Assembly (NCBI GenBank): GCA_050125095.1
Contig: JASFEA010000005.1
Coordinates: 1-47,709 of the forward strand
DNA from: a bacterium
GTDB taxonomy: Bacteria > Arandabacterota > Arandabacteria > Arandabacterales > JALGWA01
Direction: 5' to 3'
Length of the DNA stretch: 47,709 nt
Shown here: one piece after another, positions 45,901 to 47,709 of the stretch
Layout: each line of letters starts with the position of its first letter
How positions within the stretch are numbered: the first letter of the stretch is position 1
Translations under genes and position numbers: made by a program
The notes under the pieces: generated by a model
Seen by the model: the letters and a program-made list of their open reading frames with translations, nothing else
Databases searched by the model: none
Told to the model about the DNA's origin: nothing

Positions 45901-46215
45901 GGGATTGGTGCCGCATGAGTCTCCCGGCCCGCCCTCGAAGCACCAGGTCTCTGTAGGCCCGGGACCTCCTGTTGCTTCCCCGCCATGTCCCAGCGATGGG
46001 TCGCCGGGGCAGTAGGACGAATCGGTGTGCGCCTGTATCCAAAGCGTATCGCCCGAGGATGACAGGACGGGGGGCGCCAGCACGCTCTTGGCCGCCTTCA
46101 GGGTGGGGGGAGTGGGCGGACCCGGATCGACCGCGTAATCGGACATGCCGAATGCCGCCGTCCATGAGAGCGATAACACCACAACCAGACATACGTATGC
46201 GGCTGCATTTGTCAT
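42985..46215 (-). CDS. Large secreted acidic Trp/Cys-rich protein with FlgD/T9SS-like C-terminal domain
   Basis: Signal peptide; jelly-roll-like motifs YDTECKYDYFYV...FRWRFVSDG...GAWIDNV; alpha/beta region ILLVDG...YDAVVWFTG...GGKLVILGD; LAQNAPNPF...WDGRNADGRRVSSGVYFYRM. Confidence 0.85.
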   Translation of the reverse strand: MTNAAAYVCLVVVLSLSWTAAFGMSDYAVDPGPPTPPTLKAAKSVLAPPVLSSSGDTLWIQAHTDSSYCPGDPSLGHGGEATGGPGPTETWCFEGGPGDSCGTNPPWDVKCFDHCDVRKLSSPMGINYWHVDRYRADQRDYCGDYALWCGSDSVWDGYPVECGTWRNPPGYGDEWNCAALLTLPDSFSVAGGCTLFFDPRYDTECKYDYFYVDLWDGSEWVTLATFNATSNNPGPECGGGSGGNPDFWGNTDIDNLINVDWQERSNPSWPAFAAGIDTSLYSYETGPMFRWRFVSDGAFSDADGRGNFDGGAWIDNVWVWGNGNRYEEDFESGVFDTAYWSTPDAPGLIDQWHITRDPDPPYEGGDGGDQLSCRLDSSYVFRARPESGYPAGTYWRNGWYYRLVSPSLPMLNSGCVVQYDAFICSFEFTCDYPRHRARFYSGTYGTWCPWVVIPYYIPSGCFFWQIDAEEDWTWYAPADAESVQYSWDIEDVGNPGDFCWGKHKGTDYQIDNVSIGFYDASATMFSARGIDVLQDMFFADLCAFNSNFDAYDEDTLDYYANGAHLLPAFKQLYVDIRDNDLIQSVELLGSLNEGASWVSVAMHQYQPYYPGEPDRGGEYYGTLCPSDFSLAEWDTGTVVWYCVKCTDQLSNEEYYPGTADPASPYHTGSQDDYFEFSILPLYPSDYTDTRILLVDGNNRTYYDYAPCLSRVDCTTPLEDIYSKTLTDAGYCFDKYDISGAGSNVHVHYLCTWNTDYDAVVWFTGPYFSNYLFDAEAQYAMQDYLGLGGKLVILGDRVACCVAPEAEGGAGEDSMGGIFLSGVLGADYLEDMTSPFVRPYVYCAGVESLLVLGTPTAIDFDTLLVYRECPYLKDMSWIRPEASPPNGYFAQSLVDVVDPYIAGAAMVTYSEYQNVGQSAFVNFDLCGAVNHTSTYCTGGAPLAPAYDTGVYEGRVELMRLILEDIFGLPPSGGGMAGDPDQPGRARTYMLAQNAPNPFVSSTRIAFEIPRRADVNITVYNTLGRRVRVLVSENLEPGVHSVAWDGRNADGRRVSSGVYFYRMQAGDFTTTRKLLVVN

Positions 46216-46384
46216 TCTAGATCACCTTCCTTGGAACTCGCTGAAATGCGTCTATTGGGTCAGGGGTACAGGCCGACATTTGAACACCACCCTATGCCGC
46301 ATTATACCACAGTTTTTGCGAATTGTTAAGCGGGCAGTAGTGAGCGGGGTGCTCAGCAGTTTCGCAGTATGCCGGAACGGCCCC

Positions 46385-47709
46385 TCAGTTGACCACGAGC
46401 AACTTCTTGTTAGCAAAGAAGTTACCGGCCTGCATCCGGTAGAAATAGACGCCGCTCGAGACGCGCCGGCCCGATGAGTTGCAGCCGTCCCAGAGCGCCG
46501 AGTATGCTCCGGGCATTGCTTCCTCGTCCACGAGCACCTGCACGGCCTGACCTAGCGTGTTGTAGACGGTGATTGTCACCCTCGCAGGCGTGGCGACCCG
46601 GTACCGTATCTCGGTCGATGCCACGCATGGATTGGGCGAGTTCTGCGCCAGGGCCCAGCCGTATGTGGCTCCCGGTTGTTTCGGGGTGCCCGCGGTGCCC
46701 CCGCCCGTGGGCGCGAGCCCGAAGATGTCTTCCAATATGAGACGCATGAGCTCCACCCTGCCTTCATACACACCCTGGGCGTAGGGGGGCGCGATCGGGT
46801 CGGGCGCCGTGCAGTATGTCCTGGTGTGATTTACGGATGCGGCCGGATCGAAGTTGAGGAAAACGCATTGGCCCACTGCCTGGTACTCAGTATAAATGGC
46901 GCTGTGCGCGAGCGCGACGTCCGGATTGAGAACCTCAAGCAGCGGCTGGGCCGTAAATCCCATCGGCGGCGCTGTCTCCCTCTTTACCCAGCTCATGTCC
47001 CTCAAGTGCGGGCACTCCCGGTAGACGAGCATGCTGTCGAAGTCCACCTGCATGGGGGTTCCGAACACCACAATCGAGTCCACAGCCTCGCTATAAATGT
47101 AGGGTTTGCTGAAAGGCTCCACCACCTCATCGATATAATCGCATCCCAGCAGGCCCAGGAAATTCTTCTCCGTCGAGTCGCAGCCTTCGCCGACCAATCT
47201 CACACACGCTGACGCGCAGTAAGCCAGCCTGTCACCCCCTATTACCAGTTTGCCTCCCCCACCCACATAGTCCGCCAGCGCCCACATGGCTTTGTAGTTC
47301 ACAAGAGTGTCGGGGTATCCGACCGGACCTGTTAGCCACACGACCGCGTCGTAGTCGTCGAACCAGATGGGGTGGATGCCATCGGAAGTGGCCGCGCCGC
47401 CGATGTCGTATATGTCGTAGCAATAGCCCGCGTCCGTGAGCGTCTCCTCGTATATCTCGACGTTGGGTTTCTTAAGACTGCTCTCGCCCAGACACTCTGA
47501 GAGATCATAGACCCAGGAGTACGGGTCCGTCCGGCACCCGTTTACGAGCAGAATGCGCGGCCCGCTGTAGGCGGGCGGGTACAGCGGCAGAACCGAGAAG
47601 GTAAGGTAATCAGCGACAGACCCCGTGTGGTCGGGAGAGTAGGGATCGGCCGCGCGCGGGAAGAAGGATGCGCTGTCGAGATCGTCCACTGCCTTGACGT
47701 AGTACCATA
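46385..47709 (-). CDS. Paralog of the 42985-46215 secreted protein; 5' end outside window
   Basis: Frame open to the window edge (WYYVKAVDDLD...); collinear with the paralog: FSVLPLYP, TLTDAGYC, YDAVVW.TG, LVYRECP.L.DMSW, YEGRVELMRLILEDIFGL, FlgD tail. Confidence 0.85.
   Translation of the reverse strand, partial: WYYVKAVDDLDSASFFPRAADPYSPDHTGSVADYLTFSVLPLYPPAYSGPRILLVNGCRTDPYSWVYDLSECLGESSLKKPNVEIYEETLTDAGYCYDIYDIGGAATSDGIHPIWFDDYDAVVWLTGPVGYPDTLVNYKAMWALADYVGGGGKLVIGGDRLAYCASACVRLVGEGCDSTEKNFLGLLGCDYIDEVVEPFSKPYIYSEAVDSIVVFGTPMQVDFDSMLVYRECPHLRDMSWVKRETAPPMGFTAQPLLEVLNPDVALAHSAIYTEYQAVGQCVFLNFDPAASVNHTRTYCTAPDPIAPPYAQGVYEGRVELMRLILEDIFGLAPTGGGTAGTPKQPGATYGWALAQNSPNPCVASTEIRYRVATPARVTITVYNTLGQAVQVLVDEEAMPGAYSALWDGCNSSGRRVSSGVYFYRMQAGNFFANKKLLVVN

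Overview
GC-rich window from a probable diderm, anaerobic bacterium. The two outer-membrane beta-barrel genes, the FlgD/T9SS-like C-termini and the group 4 hydrogenase suggest an FCB-type candidate phylum, but this is inference only. Layout: (1) 1-3.6 kb, small accessory genes: a truncated SPFH-like/alkaline-phosphatase-superfamily fusion, SAM methyltransferase, DUF302, PAS and a beta-barrel. (2) 4.3-25.6 kb, a tandem array of nine secreted cohesin-containing genes with FlgD/T9SS-like C-termini. Eight are Cys-rich cohesin-dockerin-cohesin proteins, three of which carry an integrin-beta-like VWA head. These eight each have their own sigma70-type promoter and 3' hairpin, and five share a 19-nt leader motif (GTGGGGCAAAGAAAGGAGG) containing an orphan Shine-Dalgarno sequence. 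(3) 26.0-38.4 kb, a 17-gene Mrp-linked group 4 [NiFe]-hydrogenase operon headed by an AsrAB/HydBG-like NAD(P)H module. (4) Alkaline phosphatase, glnA, DUF364 and a beta-barrel gene. (5) Two paralogous large secreted FlgD-tailed proteins on the minus strand. Eight copies of a 23-bp REP-like repeat lie in three intergenic clusters. All domain calls come from motif recognition by eye; no searches were run.
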